A stretch of DNA of 63,429 bases, filler included, from Perkinsus olseni (taxonomy: Eukaryota), in the NCBI GenBank assembly GCA_013115125.1. It is 54 parts of 54 records of this genome, joined end to end, with 100 filler letters (N's around TTAATTAATTAA, not from the genome) between each part and the next. Parts side by side here need not be neighbours in the genome. Positions count along the whole stretch, not along the records: positions 1 to 1,102 come from JABANN010002104.1; positions 1,203 to 2,304 come from JABANN010002105.1; positions 2,405 to 3,506 come from JABANN010002106.1; positions 3,607 to 4,708 come from JABANN010002107.1; positions 4,809 to 5,910 come from JABANN010002108.1; positions 6,011 to 7,111 come from JABANN010002109.1; positions 7,212 to 8,311 come from JABANN010002110.1; positions 8,412 to 9,508 come from JABANN010002111.1; 46 more parts are not named here. The stretch is one strand, 5' to 3'. Positions 1 through 11,335 of this stretch are shown here, piece after piece (position 1 is the first letter of the stretch; each line of letters opens with the position of its first letter). The notes under the pieces are model-generated. The model was given only the letters and a program-made list of their open reading frames with translations, ran no database searches and was not told the DNA's origin. The position numbers and the translations under genes are program-made.

Positions 1-426
1 TCAGCAGTTCCGTCCGACAAGAAGCTATAGTTATTTTGGCCTATCGATCAAGTCCCCCGCACGTACGACATACCGAACCTGTCAATGGTAGAATCAAACG
101 TTTTCCTTGCTGATGATACGCTATTGGTTGGGCCCTTGCTATTGCGCATTCTCTCACCGTCTTACTATATTACAAGTATCTTGACTCGTGTTGTTAATCG
201 ACCTTGCTCGGGTGATTTCGTTCGCAGGCCTTTTGAATGCTGACTCGACTTTTGCCGTGGCAGCCCCTTTTCGCCGGAAATGAGAGTAGATGAATTTCTT
301 ATGTGCTCCCACTCTAGGTCCCTTCGGCCATGCTCCTTGGCATCCAGGGCCACCCTTGGCCCTTCGTTGTTGGTAGCGAGGTAGAGAGTTATCACGCTGC
401 TTTCTCAGCTCATTAGTCTGTCCATA

Positions 427-867
427 ATGGCCTCGAATAGCACCGGGCAGGCCACCGAGGCCACGTATGCTTCGTATGTACCCACGGATGAAGCATTACA
501 GAGAGCAGCTAACGCTCTACTCCAGGCTATGTTGCGCGAACGTAACGCAAATGAAGGACACTCACAACCGGCTCTGCAGCCATCTACCCCTGGAGACCAA
601 AACAACCGTCCGGTTGAGACCCCTAGAAAACCTAAGTCCAAGTATGTGACCAGCCCGTCACTCGTCTTTGACACTTTAGACGATGCAAAGAGGGCACTGA
701 ACATGTGCGCTGGATTTGGTGGAGACGGTTGCCAGGACGCTATGACACTGGACAATTACTATTCCCGCGTTAAGACCAACGATATGGTATATTGGTACCG
801 GTGTCCGTACCGTGGGGGTCGCAGGACTGGCTGGAAGAGTTGCAACTATTCTGGCCAGATCGTGGCC
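427..867 (+). mobile_element. Probable N-terminus of a MULE/Mutator transposase (first half of a WRKY/FLYWCH-like Zn finger), interrupted by an insertion
   Basis: YWYRCPY...KSCNYSGQIVA is followed abruptly by a CACTA terminus. A matching HxxH half and a MULE core follow the other terminus at 13262. Confidence 0.55.
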
Positions 868-1102
868 ACTACACCATTTCCAGACCTACTTAGTAAAACC
901 CCAGAGCAAATTAGTAAAACCTCAGAACAATTTAATAAAGCCCAGACCGAATTAGTAAAACCCCAAAACAATTTAGTCGGCACGCGAGACGCATCCGGAT
1001 CGTCCCACCCCCCGGCCCGGGGACTCCGACCCATGAGTGTCGGGAGAGGCGGTGGAGCGAAGGCAGAGTACCTCCTGCCGTACTGTGAGAAGTTGCTTCA
1101 AA
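867..1102 (+). mobile_element. Left end of a CACTA/CMC-like element with about 21-bp subterminal repeats
   Basis: Starts CACTACACCATTTCCAGACCTACTTAGTAAAA, then repeated ATTAGTAAAACCYCAR units. It is the reverse complement of 13190-13262. Confidence 0.75.
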
Positions 1103-1202
1103 NNNNNNNNNNNNNNNNNNNNNNNNNNNNNNNNNNNNNNNNNNNNTTAATTAATTAANNNNNNNNNNNNNNNNNNNNNNNNNNNNNNNNNNNNNNNNNN
1201 NN
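1103..1202. other. Synthetic scaffold spacer (first of 53 identical spacers, one about every 1.15-1.2 kb)
   Basis: N44-TTAATTAATTAA-N44, exactly 100 bp, repeated throughout. Contig lengths fall monotonically along the window. Confidence 0.99.
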
Positions 1203-2232
1203 GGTCAGTGACATCGCCATCCGTCAGTCATCACCCACCAAATATGGCCACCCGCTCGGGTCGCGGTCTGTCCGCTTCTCTCTCACCCATTGTTTGGACA
1301 GTTCGTGATTTCGTTGCGGGTATTGAGTTGCTTGGATAGCATTTACTCATATAACGAGTGGAAGTAGAACATTGTGGTGTAGGAAAAGGTTCAAGATGAA
1401 ATTCATCCGATGAATATCGGACCGTTGTCGTCGCTGATTGTTGATAGCATGAGGCCGCATATGGTGAGGTATGACAGGGGCAGTCGGTCATGATTATTTT
1501 CCATCTGGCAGCGCTTCTATTACTGTGGTGTGCGTATTCGGCTGTGTGGTCTAGTGGTATGATTCTCGCTTAGGGTGCGAGAGGTCCCGAGTGCAATTCT
1601 CGGCACAGTCCTTCTTGTGCATCATCGTCTGCTTGGATATCCAACTCGAGGCAGACATAACTAATTTCTGAAACTAGAGAAGCGCGCGCACTACGAGGTG
1701 ACTGTCGGCCGATTCCAGGCGACATATTTTGAGTAGAGCAACTATGAGGCTGCCGGGAGTTCGTTCCAAAACTATCTCCTGGGGGCTCTTTCACTATCCT
1801 GCTTCCTTCGTTGGGGCCTAGAGGCGGTGCAACGCTCACACTTCGATACTCGATGAAACGCCACGTACAGATCTACGTTGTTACGTCCCATCCCATTCAA
1901 TCGGCCGTTTTCATTCATTTTGTTGTTCCCTTGATCACCTGGACTTGATCTCCCTTCGCAGATGATCGCGTTTTCCTACATCTTCAACCCTACGACTTTT
2001 CCTCTCGTAACACGCTCGGCCCATGCGCAGAATCTTTCAAGGTTTATGTGAACCGTGAGTGTTATTCAATTCCTCAAATCCCATATTCACAGTAGACCTA
2101 TATAGTTTCGACGTTAGAATCCCCAGGCAAGAGTCACTCTCGGTATAAATTTGCAAGGAAGCCCACTCGCGTTCAGTCCTGCGTCATTATCGATGTCTGG
2201 AAGGGACAGGTGGTCCTAGTTGCGTGTCACCT

Positions 2233-2304
2233 ACGGGCTGTTCAATAGACAAGCGCGAGTTCGTTCCCAGGAACGTTCTTGAAGAACGTTGTTCAAGAAC
2301 GTTC
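2233..2304 (+). mobile_element. Terminal inverted repeat of a DNA transposon/MITE with GAACGTTC subterminal repeats
   Basis: 2233-2273 is the exact 41-nt reverse complement of 33419-33459. Confidence 0.75.
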
Positions 2305-4526
2305 NNNNNNNNNNNNNNNNNNNNNNNNNNNNNNNNNNNNNNNNNNNNTTAATTAATTAANNNNNNNNNNNNNNNNNNNNNNNNNNNNNNNNNNNNNNNN
2401 NNNNAGAAGAACTGTGGTTCTTTTGTGCCGCGGTTAGCGCTCTGTCTCCAGGACCGCCACACGTAAAGGGCATCTTAGAATGGCACCAAGTTTGAACACT
2501 TCCCGCACGTCATCCCAGAATTCATAGGCGGTATTGAGATCGAGCTGGTTCAATAGTATTATGAATGCAAGTACTCCGGGCTATGTCCACCGGGACGGCT
2601 CGAACGACGGCAACGTCCACTCATATCCTTATGAATTACCACGCAGGAATTGCTCAAGCGCCATCTACGCCATGGATTGCACGGAGCCATGTCGCAGCGC
2701 TCGTGACGAGCGGTAATAGAAGACTGCGGGTGCAGCTAGCAGACGCAGTAGAGATGGTGGACATAGTGGCCGCAAAGCCAGATGGGATGAAGCCGACGGG
2801 AGTGAGTGAGACCGTTCGGCCCGAACGGTTCGGGCAGAAATACGACGGCAACCCGGGAGAGGGAGCCGAGTCGGACGGACAGAGAGAGGCGGTAAAGCCA
2901 GCGAGGGGCAGAGGGAGACGGTAAACCCATCCCGAGGGCGGGAGGGAGGGAAACCTCACCAGAATCTCTGGTGCTGATAGCAACCCACGCAACAACGACA
3001 CAATGATTGCGTGCCCGAACTGACGGGCAAATTTTTGATGCTATCACTGCTACGCTCCGCTAGGATTGACTTCCCTTGTCCCAGCTACACGCGCATTGAT
3101 AATCAATGATTGATTAGCCATGAACAAGTCCGAAGAACGTCACGTGGTTCTAAGGTTCGAGGGACGAGTCCCTCGAGGCCTTGAGCGAGACCCTGCCCAT
3201 CCCTCCCTTGATAAGTTATTCCGTAGGGGGATCGGATCAGCCTTCGTGGCGCTTCCTCCTCTGAGACGTTTACGCCCCTCTGTCTGCGGAGCTTGTTTGC
3301 TTGTGTCGCTTCCCACTGTCTAATGCGCGAGGTAGAGAAATCGCACTCGGTGTTTTATAGCGCGTCAGGGCAGTCCTTGGCGATGTCTTTGTGCTGTTGC
3401 ACAGAGGCAAGCGCCAATTCAGTGTATGCCAATGCGCAGCGGCCCGCAGTTGAAACCCATCAACCTTTGGCTGCCACTAATTCGCTCGCCCCGGCCACTT
3501 TTCTGCNNNNNNNNNNNNNNNNNNNNNNNNNNNNNNNNNNNNNNNNNNNNTTAATTAATTAANNNNNNNNNNNNNNNNNNNNNNNNNNNNNNNNNNNNNN
3601 NNNNNNGATAATTGAACACTCATAGATAAACGAGGGAAGATGCAACATGCGACCATGAGGCTGGTTGCAGAAAGCGTTAAGCACATGCTTGGGCTGAAGC
3701 TCCAGTGAAATTTAAGAAGTTCGAAAAGTGCCGTTGAAAATTTCCCGTGATGACTAGATGGACCGTACAGGGAAAGAAGTCTGCGAATAAACCAGAAATA
3801 CACGAGACATTGGCATTACTACTCTGTCGCCCAGGGCTGAAAGAAACGCGAAGCAGTCAAGTTACAATGCGAGTTTGTTAACGCTTTGTGCGATTCCCTC
3901 ATAACCTTGAAGTAGAGAGTGGTCGAATTGCTGTCGTACTCAGCATCCTTCCCCTTGTCCGATCTCGTAGACATAATAAAGCGGCATTTGACAAGAAGAA
4001 CGGACCCGTGGGAATGATCAATGAGGAAAACTGTATACTGCTGAATAATGACTCAGTGCAACACGATTCCCAAGGCCGAAATCACCAAAACACTCAGCCG
4101 GAGAGTGCCCCCTTTTCCACTGCATCGCGTTAGTCCCCGAGACGAAAGATATAGTCCCGACAAGACTGACCTAAGTTCGTGGCGCACTCCGAAAAACGTG
4201 TAGAACAAGGTAGTCCCGACCTACATAATGATAGAACCTCTTGTTACCCAGTCGACTTCGCGTAAGCAACAGGGTAGAAGATGTTTGTGGCGTACCTTGA
4301 GTTAGATGTATTTTCGCGGCGAGCTTTCGAAGAACATGATGGAAAATAGTACGAGAAATGGAACCCGATGTCTTAGACTAACTAAAGAGCTGCTCGCCGT
4401 GTTAAAGTAAAACTCTTAGAAAGAATATTCCACAATTTCAAAGTCTGCACTGTCAGCGGACCCCGTTCCGACGTAATTATCAATCTTCCTGTCGTCGCTG
4501 CAGAAAAATAGAGAGAAATACAACTT

Positions 4527-4592
4527 GCGAATTTCGAACCCGTGCCCTCATGCTTGCCAGTCGACCGCTCACCTTGCTCGACTAATTCTACT
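4527..4592 (-). repeat. tRNA-derived (SINE-head-like) sequence
   Basis: A-box-like TAGTCGAGCAAGG and B-box-like GGGTTCGAAAT at tRNA spacing. The acceptor and anticodon stems do not pair. Confidence 0.4.
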
Positions 4593-5205
4593 GTTGAGAA
4601 GTAAAGTGCTATGTTGTCCCCGCTAGCTGTAGGATAGCTATTTTGGGGCGCGTTTTCGCACGAAAATTCATTTTAGCTAAATTCTCGTACTTTGAATCGT
4701 TAATTTCTNNNNNNNNNNNNNNNNNNNNNNNNNNNNNNNNNNNNNNNNNNNNTTAATTAATTAANNNNNNNNNNNNNNNNNNNNNNNNNNNNNNNNNNNN
4801 NNNNNNNNTCGTAGGGAACCTCGACAGGGTATTGACATTACCCCCATCAAGTTCTGGAAGGGAACGTGTCCATATGGTGGGGACTGGAGAGGATCAATGG
4901 GAGATGTCTTCTATGGACAACAATCCTCTGTATGGTGGTGTTGGCGGTTCTGGTGGTGTCATGGGGAGAGTAGATGTTGGTAACGACGATGGTGCCGCTG
5001 TGAAGGGCACACCTTGTCCCATTGGTATGGCTGCGAGTAATACTGCTATCACTACAGTAATTCCTACTACAAGCTCAGTATGCTTTTATATGTTATCGAT
5101 TGGTAAGGCTGTCCGTGAGGGCGACCTGCCTCATACGTCGACCTCTGTGGGTCGGGGAGTGCAAGAGACTGCACCATTACCACTTGAAGAATTAAATGAT
5201 GCAAG

Positions 5206-5910
5206 ATGCCAAGGAAGGATAAAGAAGTAAGTATGGAAAAGGGACGCAGAGGTACCGCATCCCTTCAAGACCCCCCAAGCTCCCCGGTCACTCATCAAGA
5301 TCCGAGAGATAAGGATGAAGCCGAGAAGGAAAAGGATTATGTATCCTTGGATGGATCGGATAAGGATCAAAGTAAGCAACGCGGGCAACGGGATGGGGGA
5401 AGGAGGGATGGATCAAAGGATTGGCCACCTAAGGATAGGAGTGGCCGGAGCGAAGTTAAAAGAGCAAACGAACGAGCGATCGAACCATAGGGAACCGAAG
5501 GAGGGAGCGACGAAGAGGCGAGAAGTTGAGTAGAGGAAGTAGCCGAGGGAGATATAAGGAGGACTCTAGAGACGATAATCAAGGGTACCCCGTGCCCAGT
5601 GATGGGTCGAGTGAATATAGACGTGGAAAGAGACGAGGTAGAGCTACACGTCGGTCTCGCAAGAAGGGTTCGCCATCGCCTAGCGACTCGAGTTCCTCGG
5701 GCTATAGACGTGATAGGGCACGAAGACGTTATGAGAGCAGGAGTGGAGATTCCTCCGCGAGTAATTCGATCCCACAAAGTGATATGAGGTATAAATCGAC
5801 GAGAGGGTCGCATTATCGTCCGACGCGAAGGGTGCATAGGAAGAGAAGAAATTGTGATGATAGGGCTTTTACGGCCGGCGTCTTCCCGCGAGGAAGTTGG
5901 GTGAAACCGC
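5206..5910 (+). other. Interrupted R/S/D-rich low-complexity ORFs, possibly a retroelement gag-like region
   Basis: Two R/S/D-rich ORFs separated by a stop and frame change; no diagnostic domain. Confidence 0.25.
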
Positions 5911-6038
5911 NNNNNNNNNNNNNNNNNNNNNNNNNNNNNNNNNNNNNNNNNNNNTTAATTAATTAANNNNNNNNNNNNNNNNNNNNNNNNNNNNNNNNNN
6001 NNNNNNNNNNACTCAAGGTAGTTGAATTCGTTTTTTCT

Positions 6039-7111
6039 ATGGCACCCCCTCCCTCCTCCCCCGTCGCTCGTCGTCCTCCCGACATCGTGCAGCAGTGGAA
6101 GAGACCGCTTCCGGAGATTGATGATGATGAACTGACCAAGTCTGTACAAGATGCTATGATGGCCATTAAGAAGCTCGGACCAGAAGCTCTTAGAGATAAA
6201 ACCGGCTTGGTGGATATGCCATGGAAGGTTAAAAGCTTCCTTGACATTATAAGAGCTTGTAAAGGGCTTATTGATAAGAACATTGAGTATGGCAAGATCA
6301 GCACTGTGAGTGGCAACATACTTTATTCATTGGTCACTGAACTGACCATTCGGTCGGCTGAATTTCACCATCGTATTGATCAGCTTGAAGCTGAAAATGT
6401 TGCCCTCATCAAGACGGTTGGGCAACTTGAGGCTGTTCTGGATGGTGCGACCACTCAGGATAAGGGTATCTCTTCGAGCTCTTCCTCGAGTGCTGCTGAA
6501 GTAAGGAACAAGAAAAAGTCCTTTGCTGAGGCTGCTAGGCCTAAGAAGACTGGCCCAGCTCTGACAGCTGATGCTGGTAAGAAGACTGGTGTACAACTTA
6601 GACTGGTAAGGCATCCTCCTGGAGGCGGCTCGGGAAGTTGGTGTGATGAGAGCGAAGATGATGAACTTCTCCCTCCTCCACCTCCTTCGAGACTAAGGAA
6701 TGAACGGCAGCCATCGAGAGAGTTGAAGTCCACCTCCAAGGATTTTGTTGTGATTGTTATGGATAAGAGATGGCCTATGGCTCATAATGAACTTGTTGAC
6801 AAAAGAAGGAGGGATCCTTCCTATCAGACTGACTTGCCTGTGATCAAGGTTGATGACGTTAAGGCCATAATTAGGAAGAAGGGCATTCGAACTGATATCT
6901 TTCAGCTTGCTCGAGGAGTTGGGGTGGGTTGTCCTAACGTCTCTGAACGTGATAAGCTGTTGGAGCTCCTGCAAAAAGAGAAGGGTGGTACCTGGGATAT
7001 TCGAAAGGATCTTCCGAGTATGATAGATGTGAAGATTGCCAATCATGGATATGATACTGATCGTGGAGAAGAGCTTGTGGAAGATCTTCTATCTCTAAAC
7101 AATGTGAACGG
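6039..7111 (+). mobile_element. Non-LTR retrotransposon ORF1 (gag-like), 3' truncated
   Basis: Intronless frame of about 357 codons with a coiled coil, a KKSFAEAA motif and a downstream alpha/beta region typical of LINE ORF1. Confidence 0.6.
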
Positions 7112-7212
7112 NNNNNNNNNNNNNNNNNNNNNNNNNNNNNNNNNNNNNNNNNNNNTTAATTAATTAANNNNNNNNNNNNNNNNNNNNNNNNNNNNNNNNN
7201 NNNNNNNNNNNT

Positions 7213-7662
7213 GAACTGGGCGAAGAAATCACACTTGTTGACATCATTAGGGACAGGTTTAGAACCCAGGAGTCTGCGGGTGTCTGTGGGGATGTCGACA
7301 AGATACATCAGATAACAGGTTCTCCGGGGAAGGACACCAGCTCGGGTCAGAAGCAAGGACGGCCAGGCAATAAGGGGAGTTTAGAGGATTGGGCCAAGCA
7401 GTATCCAGCAGTGTGGGTGGTGACCATGAAACAGTTCAGGGAGGAAGAAGTTAGAGAGAACTTCAAGCCGGATGACATCAAACGAGTCGGAATGCGACCA
7501 AAAGGGGGTGTACGCAAGTACTATGCTGTGATAGGCTATAGGGATGCTGATAGGGGAGGCGCAGTGGTGAGAGAGGTCATGAAAGCGACGGAAGGGACGG
7601 ACCGCTTCAGGGCTAGGGAGTTCGTCTACAAGAAGTCGGGAAACGGGCAAGGCCGGGCATGA
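7213..7662 (+). mobile_element. C-terminus of an LTR retrotransposon Gag with an RRM-like domain
   Basis: Frame is open from the contig start and ends just after a G GGA AAC slippery site, overlapping the protease frame. Confidence 0.6.
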
Positions 7663-7699
7663 CCGAGGAGGGGCATGCGCCGGCCGATAAGACATCCTC
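7638..7699 (+). promoter_or_regulatory. -1 programmed ribosomal frameshift signal (slippery heptamer plus stem-loop/pseudoknot)
   Basis: G GGA AAC in the gag frame, 6-nt spacer, stem 7651-7661/7674-7685. Loop GAGGA can pair with TCCTC at 7695-7699. Confidence 0.8.
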
Positions 7700-8311
7700 T
7701 TATTCACTGCTCAAGGGCAAGGAACCACAAGGTCGGCACGACAGCGGCGAGGAGGGTCAGTCACCGATCCAGAGCTCAGCTGATCACACTGACTACCAGT
7801 GTGACCGGGTCTGCCTCGTATACCTGGAGGTTCCACAAGAGCTCAGGGTGGATGTAGAGCTGATCAGTGCACAGCAACCGACTCGAGCCATGAGGAAGTT
7901 GAAGGCTACAATAGATCCGGGAGCGGGTCGCACCTATCTTTGCGTCGAACCGGCGGACTGTCCGCTGCCGACGAAGGAGATAATGAGATGGGCTCAGTTG
8001 GCAGATGGCTCGAAGACGTCAATCGTTAAGGCGGCCGAGGTACACCTCACGTTGAGTTTCGCTGACGGCAATTCGGTGAGTATCGGACCTATAGAGGTGG
8101 GCCTGTTGCCCACGGGGTCGGCTGGGGAGGCCAGCATGCTTATCGGTAGGGACGTCGGGAAGCTCGTGGGCCTCAGGGTCGATTTGGCCTCGGGAAAGGT
8201 CACATGCGAAGCGTCGGGGCACGTGGAAACGGAAGGGGCCGTGGACCATGATGGGGTGGACTTGATCCGTTATGTTGAGTCAGAGGTTTGGCCGCTGGTA
8301 GGGAAACCAGC
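7659..8311 (+). mobile_element. Retropepsin-like aspartic protease of pol (-1 frame)
   Basis: ATIDPGAGRTYL active-site-like motif, LADGS flap and MLIGRD C-terminal motif. Confidence 0.75.
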
Positions 8312-8411
8312 NNNNNNNNNNNNNNNNNNNNNNNNNNNNNNNNNNNNNNNNNNNNTTAATTAATTAANNNNNNNNNNNNNNNNNNNNNNNNNNNNNNNNN
8401 NNNNNNNNNNN

Positions 8412-9507
8412 GTTCGCGCCATGTGGAGCTCATGCGCTGCTGAGTAGCATCCCAGCATCCGCCAGTAAGCTTCGCGGGGAGAAGCGCAAACGGCAGGGGC
8501 TGGGGGGTGTCGAACAGCACATCGGTGGTGGGGAAGTCTACTGGCAACGAGGCAGAATGGGCCAGCTCGCTGTTGGGGTCATCAAGGGTGACGGCAATGA
8601 GGACTACGGCAGACCATGATGCGGTGTTACTGTCGGTCAGCAAGACAGTGCCGAGTAGGCGATCACCCAGGGATGTAGCGAGGAGGCCGGGTAGTCCAGA
8701 GAGGTAAAAGGCAACCAGAGTGTAGAAACTCTTCTTCAGTCGGTCATAGAGGTCTTCGGGGATGTCCTCATCAACCTTCTGAAAGACTGATTGAGCCTTC
8801 TGTATCACGAAGAGAGCCGACATAGCGTCAGGCCCCAGGAAGCCTCGGAAGTAGTTGAACACACCGAACCACTTACGGAGCCATGTCGTCCTTGCCACTC
8901 GAGGGTTGCCACGATCCGACGGCTTGAGGGTGGGGTTCATGAACTCAGACCACGCGGTGGAGGCGGTGGTGTCAGTGAACTCGAACCGTGTCGGCTCCAT
9001 GGTGCAACAACCATTCGTCAACCTCAGACCACAGAAGTTGACCGATGATGATGGTGGTGTGGACTTGGCGTCATTGATCAAGAAGTGCAAGGCCTGGAAC
9101 TCCTCGCGGGCCACGGATACGGCACCTTCACAGTTGTTGGTGTCCACCGCCGCGATGAGGACATCATCTTTATTGTGGCGGGCTACTGCCCGGATGCCCT
9201 CCTTATCCAGACGAGCGTTGATCCTATCAATGGGTATGTGCATAGAGGAGTTGAAGAGCACACTGCTCCATACCCAGCCTTGGGGAAGAACTCGGAGTTG
9301 CCACCACACTAGCTCTCCCGAGGGGTCCCTCGTGACAAGGCCGAAGAGAGCCGATAGCCGAGGGGGAAGGAGGATGCATGAGTAGGCGTCCACCAAGTCG
9401 ACCTTAGCATACACGACGTAGTCGTAGCCTACGACTCGTAGGGAATGGACCCGAGCCTTGCCGATGGGCTGGGCTCCGACTGACGGTAGGCCGCTTTGGT
9501 AGCAGAC
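8412..9507 (-). mobile_element. Reverse transcriptase plus RNase H fragment of an LTR/DIRS-like retroelement
   Basis: KVDLVDAY, LPQGW, NKDD, FCG, WFGVFNYFR and LLTDSN. The frame is open across the whole contig. Confidence 0.85.
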
Positions 9508-9628
9508 TNNNNNNNNNNNNNNNNNNNNNNNNNNNNNNNNNNNNNNNNNNNNTTAATTAATTAANNNNNNNNNNNNNNNNNNNNNNNNNNNNNNNNNNNN
9601 NNNNNNNNACTTAGTTCCTTCAAAAGCG

Positions 9629-10380
9629 ATGGTTCGACATCCCGGGTTCAATTCCCAGCCCCCTCATTTTACCTTTCCTTTGCCCATTTGCAAATCCATT
9701 CGTACGGCGATGACCATCTTCAGCTCTTCTCCATTAATTTCACCATCACTACATGCCGAGGAAGTCTCGCTCGCATCACTGGAAGCGCTAGACGGAACTC
9801 TAGGCCGCCGGCCCTCCAACTTCGGAGGTGCCTACATTCACAGTCCGACAGGATGGGTTGGGTGAGCTTACCTGAGTATCTTTGCCGAGCATCCGAGCCA
9901 CCCTTCGAGCGACTCGGCGACCTGTCGTTCCACTGATCAACTTCGTGATGCCGAAAACTAATAGCAATCTGAAATGCAACGATAGAGGCCGTCCACTGGG
10001 CTCGCCCTCATTACGTCCACCAAGGGAAGTTGGTTACACTGTCGACGACGCCCTCGGACGGAGCAGTAGGGGAGGAAGGCATTTCTACAAACCCTTATCA
10101 ATAATTTCGTGGCGCAGTGACGAATGGGTTGTGAAGGCAAGTCTGAGCTAGAGGTGTCAGAAACGTTAACATGTCATCTACACTCATGCTCTCTGCCTCG
10201 ATCGCGTTCCTCCAAGCTTTCTCGCAGCTTCTCCTGTTCATCGAACATCTTCCGTATCTTATCACCTGCCAAACACCATCTCGACCTATGGCTACTCGAC
10301 CCGAAGAATCACATCGTGCAGTGCGAAAAGATTCATGGCGAACAGGACAAGCTGACGTGGAATTATTTCTCGAAGTAGGT
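9629..10380 (+). pseudogene. Degenerate non-LTR reverse transcriptase remnant
   Basis: PGSIPSPL followed, after a frameshift, by IHSYGDD; many stops downstream. Confidence 0.35.
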
Positions 10381-10802
10381 ATCCTATGTTGAGGCTCGTC
10401 ACAAACGAGTAGCAAAGATACTACCATTCTCCCATATGAACTGCATCTCTTCCTTAGTGAAGTACTCCAGCACTTTATTCTGCCCTCCTTTAGCGAAACA
10501 TATCAAAGTGAGCTCAACCTTCTCGGGAGGGTCTCGAGATCGCCTGATGGCTACGACGATCCGCGGGTCGGCCGAGTGATACTCGCGATTGATACCGGCA
10601 GCCAGATCCCGGAATGCTAATTGAGGGCAACCAGAAACCCGAAGAAGCTTTTTTGGAGTTTTTACTTCTCTCTCAGATTTTAGGGATTACCCGAATCCCT
10701 CANNNNNNNNNNNNNNNNNNNNNNNNNNNNNNNNNNNNNNNNNNNNTTAATTAATTAANNNNNNNNNNNNNNNNNNNNNNNNNNNNNNNNNNNNNNNNNN
10801 NN

Positions 10803-10873
<71 letters not shown>

Positions 10874-10930
10874 AACAACAATAATAATTCGATAATAATG
10901 ATGATGATTATGATGATGATGATGATGATA
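10803..10930. repeat. (AAT)n/(GAT)n microsatellite
   Basis: Direct inspection. Confidence 0.97.
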
Positions 10931-10950
10931 GTAATTATTGTTGTACTCAC

Positions 10951-11203
10951 GGTGCAAGTAGACCAGCCAGATAATGTTGTTCAGGAGTCATACCCTTAAG
11001 ATGATGATGTTGTGGTATACTCACATCAGCACTGAATAACGAAGAGTAGTAGTAGTGGTGGTGCCTGTTGTTGTTGTATTACTTAAGTAGTTGGAATATA
11101 TTCTCATCTGGTGATGCTAACATCACCCCAGCATTGATTAACCAGCATCTACCATTCATATGCTCACCATGTTGCAACCAGAATGATGGTGGTGGTGAAG
11201 AAT

Positions 11204-11252
<49 letters not shown>

Positions 11253-11288
11253 GCATCTACTACGTTACTAGGATAATATCATAGCATC

Positions 11289-11335
<47 letters not shown>

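Noticed and set aside
880-980. 21-bp periodic repeats as a CRISPR array
   Set aside because: No unique spacers and no cas genes; they are transposon subterminal repeats in a eukaryote.
7213-9507. Gag-protease next to RT as one element, and any other cross-spacer gene cluster
   Set aside because: Different contigs ordered only by length; adjacency carries no information.
9641-9660. CCGGGTTCAATTCCCAG as a tRNA T-arm
   Set aside because: No D arm or anticodon arm upstream; it fits a decayed RT motif equally well.
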